From contig CBDHHL010000032.1 of NCBI GenBank assembly GCA_965263355.1, forward strand, positions 96,001 to 160,000: DNA of 64,000 nucleotides, read 5' to 3'. The translations under genes and the position numbers were made by a program. Source of the stretch: Leptolyngbyaceae cyanobacterium (GTDB lineage: Bacteria; Cyanobacteriota; Cyanobacteriia; Phormidesmidales; Phormidesmidaceae). Every line of letters begins with the position of its first letter. The stretch's first letter is position 1. The notes beneath the pieces were generated by a model. The model made no database searches. It was not told the origin of the DNA and was given only the letters and a program-made list of their open reading frames with translations. Positions 1 through 10,533 of the stretch are shown one piece after another.

Positions 1-1360
1 GCAGTTGAGCATTAGTTGCAATTATATTTGTTCGAATATTACCACTTGCAAGACTCTCATCAGGCTGGAATTGATTAGTCAATAGCACAACCCCATCGGG
101 TTGACTAATGAAGATTTTACCAATATTAATATCAGCGGAGGTTGCAATGCTTTCTTGGATGCCAATAGGCTCATTAATAAAAAAGCCACAGCCTAAACAA
201 TTCAATGGTGTTTGAGCCGCTGTTGTACCAGCACGAATATCAACGACTGGTCGTACGCTGCCATTAGCTTCAACAAAACTGACTCCATCTGGCAAAGCCC
301 GAGAGAGAGAAACTTGCTCGTCTGGAAAGGCTGGATCAGTGCCAAAAATAGTGAGTTCTCCAATAGTGACTGCACCACCTGCCAAAATTCGCAGTGAGCC
401 ACCTATATAGGTGATAAAACTAACATCACCCTGGGCCTCAATCACAGGATCACGCACGCTGATCAAATTGCCTGGGCTACCGTCTAGCTGTTCTATCTGA
501 AATTGCCCTCCAGACCAAAAATAAGCATCGCCTATAACCGGCTGCCCAGAGCGTAGGCTTAAGTCACCACCGGACCATAGTCCACTGTCTGGATGCTCCA
601 ACACAGAAATATCTAAGGTCTCGTTGGCCTGAATATCAATCCCCTCACCCGCTGCTGCGATAAAGGGTTGGGCCACACTATCACGAATTTCGACGGTATC
701 TGTTGCCCAAAGTTTTAAATGACCGGGGGTTAACAGCGAGCCTTGCAAATTCAGAGTTTCAGCCTGTAAGCTTAACAGCCCTCCTGTCTGAAGCTGGGCT
801 TCACTTTGAATCAAGCCTTGTTGCGGTTCTCCATACTGCAGTCCGGGCGTCAGGGTGATTGCTAGCAGGGGTGGGGCTACTGGGTCGGTTGCACTGTAGC
901 TTAGACCCTCACCAAACTCAAAGGCCTCAGCTGTACTGGCAAAAAACGAACCGGTAATATCGAGCTCTGCTGCCGGTCCAAAGACAATGCCATTGGGGTT
1001 AAGTAAAAATAAACTGGCATTACCATCAACGCCGAGGGTCCCCAATAGATTGGAGGGACTATTACCCGTGACGCGACTGAGAATATGGTCAATACCAACG
1101 GGGTTGGCAAAATAAACGCGCTGTAACTCAGCAACATTAAAGTCTGTAAAACTGTGGAAGAGGTTCGCGCCACGAATAGCTCCCCCTTCAATTAAATTAG
1201 CAGGCAAACTCTGGACCGTCGCATCCGTCACTGTCGAGGCTTCATTACCTAGGGTATTGTCCGGTGTGATTTGGGCCTGCACCGCCGCAATGCTGCCGAT
1301 GCTAAACAGGACAGGCAACAACGTTAGGGACACTTGGGTAGGGAGTCTAAACCTATTCAT
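1..1360 (-). CDS. Filamentous haemagglutinin-like TpsA exoprotein, N-terminal part (runs off window start)
   Basis: Not in ORF track. Manual translation from ATG at 1360 gives MNRFRLPTQVSLTLLPVLFSIGSIAAVQAQITPDNTLG...NLFHSFTDFNV...ILSRVTGNSPSNLLGTLGVDGNASLFLLNPNGIVFG (signal peptide + haemagglutination-activity/TPS domain), open to position 2. The start overlaps the upstream stop (ATGA). Confidence 0.9.
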   Translation of the reverse strand, partial: MNRFRLPTQVSLTLLPVLFSIGSIAAVQAQITPDNTLGNEASTVTDATVQSLPANLIEGGAIRGANLFHSFTDFNVAELQRVYFANPVGIDHILSRVTGNSPSNLLGTLGVDGNASLFLLNPNGIVFGPAAELDITGSFFASTAEAFEFGEGLSYSATDPVAPPLLAITLTPGLQYGEPQQGLIQSEAQLQTGGLLSLQAETLNLQGSLLTPGHLKLWATDTVEIRDSVAQPFIAAAGEGIDIQANETLDISVLEHPDSGLWSGGDLSLRSGQPVIGDAYFWSGGQFQIEQLDGSPGNLISVRDPVIEAQGDVSFITYIGGSLRILAGGAVTIGELTIFGTDPAFPDEQVSLSRALPDGVSFVEANGSVRPVVDIRAGTTAAQTPLNCLGCGFFINEPIGIQESIATSADINIGKIFISQPDGVVLLTNQFQPDESLASGNIRTNIIATNAQL

Positions 1361-4300
1361 AGGGCACTCGTTTGTCTAAAATTCTCGGAAACAGAGGCAC
1401 AATGGGCACTCAGATGAATGGGAGACTCTGTTGAGCGAGTCGCTGCATAGAGCACTAACTGGCCGTCAGCATTGCGTACCCAACCCTGCGGTTCAGAAAT
1501 CTTTTCTACTACTACATCTAATGAAGAGTTATTGGTTATTTGAGTATCGCTAGTGCCTTGATGGGCGTCACTGTCTTCTACAACAGGTCCCAAGTCATCG
1601 AGTAGTGCTTCTTCATTGAGGGGAGTATTGGGAGTAGTCGGCAGTCCACCACGACCCACCACTGTAAACTGGCTTCCCCCAGTGTCTGTGTTATTGGCTG
1701 CCAGTAAATCACACCGTTGATCAATCAAACTTGTCGGATCAACTAAATTTATAGGTAAATCATTTAACCCTTCCTGCACATCCACATTGGTCAGACGATT
1801 AAACTCGGTAATGCCTGCATCGCCTTCAACAGAACTGGCGGTAATATCACTAAAGGGTGTTAGTTCATCTTGAAATTCTAAGCCAATAATATCTCGTGCT
1901 GAGATTGTTACACGACCACCAGAACCACTAAAAGCATTGGCCGTAATGTCACTATTCTCGTTAAGAACGCTCACTACAAAAGGAGAATTTATCATGACAC
2001 TACCACCGTCACCACTGGCATTTAGAAAACCCGCTGTCGCAGAAATACCACTAATCTGTCTTAACAAAATATATTCGCTTACGTCGAATGTAATATTGCC
2101 GCCATCGCTCAAGTTACTAATTGTCTCGATCAAGCTCCTATTATCTGCAAAAACAGAATCTGCAATGATTTCAATATCGCCAGCTTCAGCAAATGCGCTA
2201 GTTGGAATCGAAGGAACACCAATAGTGCCTGAGGAAATATAAGCAGAATCTGTTAATCGTAAGTTATCCGTACGAATTAAAAGGTCCCCACTAAGACCAC
2301 TACCGCTTATTACATTGGTAAAAATTCGAGAATTGCTAACTTCAATGAAATCATCTGCCTGGATACTTATATCACCACTATTTCCCGAGCTTAAGGAACT
2401 TGTTGTTATAGTACTGTCATTTGAAATTAGTAGCTGGTTTGCTTGAATACCCAACTCACTACCTTGTCCCCCTGCAATTCCTGAGGCTATAATCATGCCA
2501 CTATCTATATTGACCAGACCTGTTGCTGTAAGCTCTAAAACATTGACAGGCCCTAATAAGCTTGATAGTAAGATCGAACTACCACTGCGAAGCGTTAAGT
2601 TATCTGTTACTATCGCTAACGTTCCACTGGTATCTCGGCCATTAGATACTGTTAATATGCCTGTGTCTTCAACCAAGATAGAATCACTTTGAATATTTAG
2701 AAAACCGGCGTTGCCTAGCAAATTACCATCTGCAGAAACTTCAGCAAAATCTCGCACAATTAAATTATCGGTCTCGATTTCTACAACACCGGCATTTCCG
2801 AAACTCTCTACAGTACGAGCAAAAATACCTGAGGGTTCACCATTGGGAGTGGTTCCTGAAACTTCAACGCTTTCAGCACCTACAATTTGAACCCGCCCTC
2901 CATTACCCCCTCCTGTCGTACTGGCATCAATTTCACCACCACCCTCAACAAGAATCTGATTCGCATCAATTTCGATAGTTCCTGCATCACCTGTGGCACC
3001 TGCCCTAGAGTCAGCCACAATACCAGACTTGAAACCGAGGAAGGTCCCTAACACCTCAACACTTTCAGCATCTGTAATCTGAACCCGCCCTCCATTACCC
3101 TGGCCCAGAAGAGTACCGGCATCGATGACACCAGCTTCGCGAACGATGATTTGATTCGCATCAATCAATATCTTTCCGCCTGCAGCTAATGGATTGATAG
3201 AAGCTGTCAAAGCAGAAATGTCACTATTGACTACTTCCAATAGCTCTGTTCCTTGGATAAGGATTTCTCCTGCACCCCCTAGCCCAAATGTTGATGCTCT
3301 AATGGCTGCCTCACCTTGAACTGTGATAACTGGAGATGTCACGATAATGTTCCCAGCCGAACCGGTACTTCCAGGGTCAGCATTAGCGTTCAAACCAGAC
3401 GATACGTTCCCCGACACACCCGTACCAAACCCATCTAATGTAACTGCTTCTGTTGCACTCACATTCAGTGTGCCGCCCCCTCCACTTAATGTGCCAACCC
3501 TAAACTGTGCACCGTCAGAGAGACGAATATTGGGGGCTGTTACTGTCAAATCACCGCTTAACCCCACGAAAGGAGCTGTGTCAATTTGTGCAGCATTGGT
3601 CAGTGCAACTTCATTATCAGCTTTCAGGCTGGCATCTCCACCATAGGTCCAAACAAACGCTAGGGGAGACGTAATCAAAATGTCATTACCTGCCATCAAA
3701 TCAATATCACCACTGCCGCGAAATTCAATCCGACGGTTAATAACAATATCATTTCCCGCCTCAACCTCTAGAGAAACATTAGGTCGAGTTGGGTCTATAA
3801 CAACATCTTCATCAAAACTGATATCGTTAGTTGCTTCTAAGACAATATTCGTATTTGCAGCTACATTTTCCAGGGCAGAAGCAGCTAATTTAGTATCTCC
3901 ATCTCCTCCTAAATCAGGAAAACTTGCGTCAGAAACTAAGGTCAAATCAGTAGTTTCAGCCTCTGCATCACTGACAATACGAATGTTGGTGGGATCTAAC
4001 AAAAGAGTACCAAAATCACCATTGGGTGCCTGGGTATTGGCTGTTCCCTGAAACTCTAAAAACAACTTTCCTGAGACTTCTATCAGGCCCCCATCGCCTG
4101 CTGTCTGACCCCCTTGGGCCGAAAATATTCCATAGGCCTGGGTTGTATCATCAGACCATACCACAATTTCACCACCATCACTAGCCTGCAGTCCATCTGC
4201 AGCAATGACCACACCTGGCCCAACAACAGTATGCTGTGCCGTGGGCAATGACTCACCCCCCCCAAACGCACCGCCTACATAAACAGCTCCACCCCCATTG

Positions 4301-5195
4301 CCAGAAGACACATCAACCAACGCAGACTCAAATAGCCCCACACGATTACCTAAAACCTGCACCGTGCCGCCAGGGGCAATCAATTCACCAGTAACCAGTA
4401 CATCACTGCCATGCAAACTCAGGGTTTCTGTTTCACCTACCTGTAGCACTCCAGCGAATGTCTCCTTGCGGGCTGCCATATTGCAGTCCAGGGGTTAACG
4501 TTACCGCTAGTAACGGAGGAACATCAGGATCTATTACGCCATACTGCAACCCATTGACACTGCGAATGTCTCCTTGCGGGCTGCCATATTGCAGTCCAGG
4601 GGTTAACGTTACCGCTAGTAACGGAGGAACATCGATCTATTACGCCATACTGCAACCCATTACCAAACTCAAACGCCTCGGCAGTAAAAAAAGAACCTTT
4701 AATATCCAACTGTGCATTGGGGCCAAAGGCAATGCCGTTAGGGTTTAGAAAAAACACATTGGCATCACCATCAACGCCGAGGGTGCCCAATAGATTGGAG
4801 GGATTATTACCCGTGACACGACTCAGAATATTGTCGATACCAACGGGATTGGCGAAGTAAACACGCTGCAGATCAGCAACATTAAACTCTGTAAAGCTAT
4901 GAAATATATTTGGTCCCCGAATAGCTCCACCTTCAATTAGATCAGTAGGTAGTCCCTGAACAGTGGCATCCTCAACAACTATTGAGGCTTCATGGCCCAA
5001 GGTACTGTCTGGAAGAATTTGGGCCTGGGCCGTAGTTCCTCTACTCAACGATAACAGGATACTTACACAAAGCAACGCGACACAACTACTTTGTCTCACC
5101 AAACAATCTGCCACCATAATTACCTTTACAGGTGAGAGATTCAGACTATTCATTAATACTTGAAAGGATACTACCATGGCATTTTCAGGAGGCAC
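1357..5195 (-). pseudogene. Filamentous haemagglutinin-like TpsA exoprotein split into two ORFs (4524-5195 TPS domain; 1357-4479 beta-helical body); pseudogene or assembly error
   Basis: The N-terminal ORF has QILPDSTLG...FHSFTEFNV...FLNPNGIAFG. The C-terminal ORF has GG-x-I-x-I beta-helix repeats, a ~64-aa internal repeat (IDANQI..GNGGRVQI..AESVEV twice) and the cyanobacterial ending NSDITANAF..GRGGLP..EPQGW. The frame is broken at 4454-4661. Confidence 0.85.
4454..4661. repeat. Direct duplication of ~100 bp (4454-4555 and 4562-4661) inside the TpsA gene
   Basis: gcgaatgtctccttgcggg...tactgcaacccatt occurs twice. The second copy lacks 2 bp (acatcaggatc vs acatcgatc). Confidence 0.95.
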
Positions 5196-5228
5196 GTTTA
5201 AGTTTGTATAAAGAAAACCTAATATTTT

Positions 5229-6974
5229 CTAAAATAGTTCACCTGAAACGGTAAATAAAATACCACTTTCTTGCAGCGAATTACCTTCTGTGCCAGGGTC
5301 AATCAGCGGAATTCCAAAATCTACACGGCCCGTAAGGTGCTCCCCAACCTGCCAGAGTAAACCAGTGCCCACCGATAGAAAATCGTCAGGATCCGGATCG
5401 GCCTGGTCGCCATTGTTCCAACCCAATCCATAGTCAATAAACGGGGCAATTTGGGCGGTCGTCTCCCAGGCGGGAATTGACAATAAGGGAAATCGCATCT
5501 CAACCGAAGCAAACACACCATTATCCGCTGTAGACTGGTCTTGCCGATAACCACGAACGCTGCCTTGACCGCCTAGGCGAAACTGTTCTAACGAAAGTAA
5601 AGAACTATCAGCCCATTGTCCGTTAAGCCGTGCCACTAATAGTTGTTCTCGGGCTAAGGCTTTGACCCATTGGGCCTGACCTTGCCAGCTAAAAAACTCA
5701 CTGTCTGGCAAACTACCATTATTAGAGGTGGCCTCAAACCAGGGGACACCCAGGCTAAATTGCGATCGCAACGCCACCACCTCATCTGCACTGCGCTGGG
5801 TCCATTCCTGACTAAATCGCAGGGCTGACACCCGCGTCTTCCCATCTTCAGATCCCGGTGTCTCAAAGGCTAAACGAGGCGCACCGGGCAGTTGAAATGT
5901 GCTGCTGGTGCGATCATGGTCAAACGTTAGGCCTAAGGCCAACAGTTCCGTAGGTGTTTCAATTATTGGCTGCTGAAAGCTAAACGATAGCTGGTCAGAG
6001 TCAGAGCGAATGCCCAACACCTCAAAGTCATCCGCAACAACCCGACTATCGGTAGTACTAAACGAAGCACTCAGCGTTCCATTACGAGGATTAATCGGAA
6101 TTGTATAGTCAGCTTCCCACGTATCACTGCCATCGGTATTGTTATAGCTTAGATTAAACCCATCCCCCAGCCCAAAGACATTGGCATGGGAAAATGTGGC
6201 CCGCCGCCGAAAGCTACCAACGGTGGTGGAGCGGCTGTTGTCTAAGGTTAGTCGAGTACCCACGACAGGTGCTTCCTTAACCGTAAGATTGAGAATGCTC
6301 CCCCCAACCCGCGTCCCTGAGGCCAATTCAGCAGAGATACTTTCAATTAAGGGATCAATTTGCAATAACTGTAACGACTCCACCAAATTCTCTACATTGA
6401 GAGGGGGGCGAGCCGCCAGACCAATGCGACTACGGATATACCCAGGATTAAGCCGTTTTAAGCCTTCTATAGTAATGTCTTCTAAACTGCCCTCGACGAC
6501 ACGAAGTTCTACCGTACCATCATCAACAACCTGATCTGAGGGTAAAAACGCCCCTGACGAGATATAGCCCGCCTCAATGTAAAGGTTTGTAATTGCCGAT
6601 CTGACCTCAAACAGTTCAGCAAATGTGATGGGCTGACCAATGTAGTTTTCTGTTGCCGCTGCCAGCTCGGCGTCGCTAAATACAGTACTGCCGATTACCT
6701 CAAACTTGTCAACCACAATAGTCCCTGGCACATCTAACCCCGGTTCTGGCAACTCAGAAGGCGTTGAGGGTAATGGTAATAACTCCTCTGGTAAAGGCAA
6801 CGGGACTGGCTCAGGGATAGGTTCCTGGGTTTCAGGGGGTAAGCCTGTATCGCTAGGTGGAACTGATTGGGCAAAAACAGTGGTAGATAGACAGGTAGCT
6901 GAGGCTGCGATCGCAACACTAGCAATTACAAACGGCTGGGCTTTTTTAAGCAACATCAACGTCGGGGGCAACAA
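5229..6974 (-). CDS. ShlB/FhaC/HecB-family two-partner secretion outer-membrane transporter (TpsB)
   Basis: Signal peptide, Pro-rich linker, POTRA motifs (FEVIGSTVFS; LYIEAGYISSGA), conserved LGGQGSVRGY loop, C-terminal Phe. Directly upstream of the TpsA genes. Confidence 0.93.
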   Translation of the reverse strand: MLPPTLMLLKKAQPFVIASVAIAASATCLSTTVFAQSVPPSDTGLPPETQEPIPEPVPLPLPEELLPLPSTPSELPEPGLDVPGTIVVDKFEVIGSTVFSDAELAAATENYIGQPITFAELFEVRSAITNLYIEAGYISSGAFLPSDQVVDDGTVELRVVEGSLEDITIEGLKRLNPGYIRSRIGLAARPPLNVENLVESLQLLQIDPLIESISAELASGTRVGGSILNLTVKEAPVVGTRLTLDNSRSTTVGSFRRRATFSHANVFGLGDGFNLSYNNTDGSDTWEADYTIPINPRNGTLSASFSTTDSRVVADDFEVLGIRSDSDQLSFSFQQPIIETPTELLALGLTFDHDRTSSTFQLPGAPRLAFETPGSEDGKTRVSALRFSQEWTQRSADEVVALRSQFSLGVPWFEATSNNGSLPDSEFFSWQGQAQWVKALAREQLLVARLNGQWADSSLLSLEQFRLGGQGSVRGYRQDQSTADNGVFASVEMRFPLLSIPAWETTAQIAPFIDYGLGWNNGDQADPDPDDFLSVGTGLLWQVGEHLTGRVDFGIPLIDPGTEGNSLQESGILFTVSGELF

Positions 6975-7030
6975 ACCTGTTTGTATTATTATCTATGCGC
7001 TTTAAAAGTCAAATACCTACTAGAAAATGA

Positions 7031-7134
7031 TACGAAATCCTAGCTGTCTGCGTCCGATATCGCAGGGCAACCACAAGGGATTGCCCCTACGGACTGATGC
7101 ATTTTAATCGGGATGAATCAATCCGGATTTGGTA
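7031..7134. mobile_element. MITE-like dispersed repeat, family A (~105 bp), with internal GTAGGGGC REP-like hairpin
   Basis: Ends tacgaaatcc / ggatttggta form an imperfect terminal inverted repeat. Internal hairpin gggcaaccacaagggattgcccctac. Homologous copies at 37557 and 38750. Confidence 0.8.
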
Positions 7135-7139
7135 TGACT

Positions 7140-8360
7140 TCACTCAGTAATTGTCGATCCCAGTACCGTCCATACGTTTCTTTTCGGCGTCTTCACCGGT
7201 TGAGTCGCTTTTCTTAGCAGCTGTGAGATTTGCAAATTAGTTCTTCCTAAATTAAATCGCTCAGCAGCCTCGACCTGAGCCCGACGTGCAATTTCCTTAG
7301 TTTGCGTAGGATTATGCTGACAGGTATTAATAATGTCAGCCAGTTTTTTAGCATCCCCAGGCGGGGTTAACCAACCCATTTGCCCATGGTCGATCAGCTC
7401 AACGGCACCGCCAGCCGCAGCCGCCACTACGGGTGTACCACACAGCATTGCTTCAACAATCACACGACCAAAGGGTTCAGGGGCCGTCGAAGTATGGGTA
7501 ACCAAATGGCAGGCCGCCATCAGTTGAGGAATGTCAGACCGAAACCCTAAAAACTTAACTCGATGCGCCAGGTTCAATGCCTGAATTCGCTGATGCAACT
7601 GTTGCACATAGGCTTGCTCACCAAATAGGGCATCTCCCACTAAGACGGCCATAACATTATCTGAACAATATTGAAGCGCCTCAATTAACACATGTTGCCC
7701 TTTCCAGGGAGACAGACGACTAAAATGCCCAACTATAAATGGGGCAGTACCCTCTCCCGAATCAGGTAAAGCAGAGACTATTGCATTTTGCCTGTGATCT
7801 TGTTCATACCTATGATTAGCATAGTTCTCCGGACAAAACCCGTTATAAACCACCTGCACCCGCTCGGCTCGTCCACCTGACTGAATAAAGGCTTCACGAC
7901 TAGCATAGGAATTCGCAATTACAACAGCTGCTCGGTTAGCCAACGTAATAATAATGCGACGATTAATAGCGCTAAAGTGGTCAGAAGAAACAATGTCATG
8001 AAGATGATAAACCAGCGGGCGACCACTCAAAATACTGGCCAGGGCACCGACGACTAGAGCCTTTTGAGTATTGGCATATAGCAAATCATAGCGCTTACTG
8101 AGTCGAACAACCCTGGTAACCAAAGGAATTAATCGATTTAAACTTTTAAGTCCTGCCAACAGACCACTCGCCTTTTGTACCTGAAGTGTCTGGTCAGCAA
8201 GAATTGTAACAGGAATACGACAGTTACGCAGATAGTCCGGGAATGGTCCTTCAGCAAACACACCCACCAGGCTGTTTTTATAAAACTGTCGGGCAATGTC
8301 GGCCAAACAAAGTTCAGCCCCACCAAGCTTACTACTCTGGTCTAGAAACAAAATTTTCAT
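7140..8360 (-). CDS. Glycosyltransferase family 4 (GT-B)
   Basis: N-terminal MKILFLDQSSKLGGAE; GT-B motif EPFGRVIVEAM. Confidence 0.93.
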   Translation of the reverse strand: MKILFLDQSSKLGGAELCLADIARQFYKNSLVGVFAEGPFPDYLRNCRIPVTILADQTLQVQKASGLLAGLKSLNRLIPLVTRVVRLSKRYDLLYANTQKALVVGALASILSGRPLVYHLHDIVSSDHFSAINRRIIITLANRAAVVIANSYASREAFIQSGGRAERVQVVYNGFCPENYANHRYEQDHRQNAIVSALPDSGEGTAPFIVGHFSRLSPWKGQHVLIEALQYCSDNVMAVLVGDALFGEQAYVQQLHQRIQALNLAHRVKFLGFRSDIPQLMAACHLVTHTSTAPEPFGRVIVEAMLCGTPVVAAAAGGAVELIDHGQMGWLTPPGDAKKLADIINTCQHNPTQTKEIARRAQVEAAERFNLGRTNLQISQLLRKATQPVKTPKRNVWTVLGSTITE

Positions 8361-9475
8361 ACGCTTGCATAAAATAGACGATTTCTAAGGATTGAAGTGA
8401 GTCTCTTCTCAATGGAGAAATGGATAATACATCCAAGTAAAACTGTCGCCAAACAAGACAAAACCATGCCAATGGTGTAAAGCTCAATGCTGTTAATTGC
8501 ACTGGCCTGCATGAATTTTGTGAATATGGAGAGAATTGGGTAGTGGGTTAGATAAATAGCAAAGGAAGCTTCGCCTAACACCACAAACCCTCTATTGATT
8601 GGCAGCCTACGATTCTTTTCTAAAAAGGCTGCCCCTGCCACAATAAGTATCGATGAGGTCCCATAGGCTATAAATTCGTAGTAACGAGAAATGTTTGAGG
8701 TTGCTACACTGGTCTTGAGAATATATACATCTAAAAATCCAGCAATCATAAAGCCCAGGCAACCGGTCAATAAAATAAATAAACTGCCAGCTGGTTTCAG
8801 CTGGCGTCTGCTAAAGAAAATACCGAGTAACCATCCTGCTACAAACTCAAAATTATAATGTGAGAATATGAAATCCAGCAAAAAGTGACTATCGCTCTTA
8901 AATTGAAACCCTGAGAGTATATCGGTTAGCATAAAAAATGCTGAGACTGACAGACCAGCAAGAATCACCTTGGATATCACATTGGGTAGCAAAATTACGG
9001 CTGTAAACACCAGGTAAAAAAGTAGTAAGTGACTCAGAAACCAAGCAACGGAAAGGATAGGTGCATGCTCTTGAGGAATCAGTAACAATGACTTAAGGAT
9101 TACCCCAATATCTTGTTCATAGCCTTTTCCAAAGGATGGCACTAAAAAATAAACCGGTATGATGCAAAGACTGACTAACCAATAAAGGGGATAAAGCCGT
9201 AAACAGCGTTTGACTAAAAAGTCTTTTGCTGTCTGTCGATGTCGGATAAGTTTATGGCCTGATAATGCTAAAAAAAAGCCACTCAAGACAAAAAAGAAAT
9301 CAACGCCTGAGTCTCCAAATTCAAATAAAGACAGTAAAAAGGGGTGATCAAATTTGAGGTTAAATAATTCCGTTGCATGAAACGCAACAATGAGTAGGGC
9401 TGCTACCCCTCTAAAGGTTTCTAAAAGCTCCAACTTTTGAAAAGGGGACTTGGTTATTTTTTGAGCATATTTCAT
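8357..9475 (-). CDS. Membrane acyltransferase (Acyl_transf_3/OafA-like)
   Basis: LETFRGVAALLIVAFH, GVDFFFVLSGF, LGEASFAIYLTH motifs; polytopic. Confidence 0.92.
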   Translation of the reverse strand: MKYAQKITKSPFQKLELLETFRGVAALLIVAFHATELFNLKFDHPFLLSLFEFGDSGVDFFFVLSGFFLALSGHKLIRHRQTAKDFLVKRCLRLYPLYWLVSLCIIPVYFLVPSFGKGYEQDIGVILKSLLLIPQEHAPILSVAWFLSHLLLFYLVFTAVILLPNVISKVILAGLSVSAFFMLTDILSGFQFKSDSHFLLDFIFSHYNFEFVAGWLLGIFFSRRQLKPAGSLFILLTGCLGFMIAGFLDVYILKTSVATSNISRYYEFIAYGTSSILIVAGAAFLEKNRRLPINRGFVVLGEASFAIYLTHYPILSIFTKFMQASAINSIELYTIGMVLSCLATVLLGCIIHFSIEKRLTSILRNRLFYASV

Positions 9476-10533
9476 ACATTTTTGAGTTCGCTGTAGACTC
9501 CTAGTGTTTCATTAACAACGCGGGTTACATTTAGCCAGTCGAGATTTTTTTTGGCCTGTTCTTTCCAATAATTGAGTTTGGTAGAATTCTTTAATAAATC
9601 GGCAATGGTGATGGCTAATGTCTGACTATCGCCTGGTGGGACTAACAAGCCTGCTTTGCCATGTTCTAAAACTTCGGGAATGCCATCCACATGGCTGGCC
9701 ACGATAGCACATCCCACTTCCCGAGCCTCTGAAATAGCCAGACCAAATGGTTCACGATGGGATGCTAAAACAAAGACATCAGTGGATAATAGATAGGCCC
9801 GTGGATCTGCTTGAAATCCTTCAAAATGGATGCGATTAGCAACACATGTTCGGCGGGCCTGGGTCTGAAACTGTTCTTTTTCCGGACCATGACCCACGAG
9901 ATATAGATGGGCGTCTGGACAATCTAGGGCCACTCGCTCAAATGCTGCTATCAACTCAGTAATGCCCTTACGTGAGTTCATCCCGGCCACGGTGGTTATG
10001 GCTGGGCGCTGCAGACAAACGGGTAGACAGTCTTGCAGCGAACCGGCCCTTGGGCTTTCCAGGGTACCGTTTGTGACAACGCGTAGCTTCCGTTGAGGAA
10101 TGCCTCGTTTTTGCATTGACTGAGAGACCGCCTGGCTAACGGCAATCACCCGATCGGCCAAGCCCATCAGATTGGCACTCCCTTGAAACTCATTGTGTAC
10201 AGTCGTGACTAACCCGTACTGACTCCAAAGTTTAAGGCTACGGGCCAGCACGGCCCCTGTCATCATATGGGCATGGACAATATCTGGTTGTATCTGCTGC
10301 ACAATGGCACGATATTGTAAAACAACTTGAGCTAAGTTATGCCATTTCCGGGTTTGGTTGAGTCGATAATGGTTAACTCCATACTCCTTTAAAAGAGTTT
10401 CATAGTCACCACCATCAGAAATTACGCTGACGTCATAGCCTGCTTGGGCCTGAAGACAGGCTAAATCGATGGCAACATTGACAATTCCATTTCCTACTTT
10501 CTGAATATGGTTAAGGATATGTAGGATTCGCAT
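9472..10533 (-). CDS. Glycosyltransferase family 4
   Basis: Probable start MRILHILNH at 10533 (TAATG coupling with upstream stop); EPFGLAISEA motif. Confidence 0.92.
   Translation of the reverse strand: MRILHILNHIQKVGNGIVNVAIDLACLQAQAGYDVSVISDGGDYETLLKEYGVNHYRLNQTRKWHNLAQVVLQYRAIVQQIQPDIVHAHMMTGAVLARSLKLWSQYGLVTTVHNEFQGSANLMGLADRVIAVSQAVSQSMQKRGIPQRKLRVVTNGTLESPRAGSLQDCLPVCLQRPAITTVAGMNSRKGITELIAAFERVALDCPDAHLYLVGHGPEKEQFQTQARRTCVANRIHFEGFQADPRAYLLSTDVFVLASHREPFGLAISEAREVGCAIVASHVDGIPEVLEHGKAGLLVPPGDSQTLAITIADLLKNSTKLNYWKEQAKKNLDWLNVTRVVNETLGVYSELKNV

Noticed and set aside
4458..4748. Plus-strand 96-aa ORF with an internal repeat (MSPCGLPYCSPG x2) resembling a multi-core RiPP precursor
   Set aside because: It is only the antisense reading of the DNA duplication in the TpsA gene; the copies are nucleotide-identical apart from an indel, with no leader or RBS.
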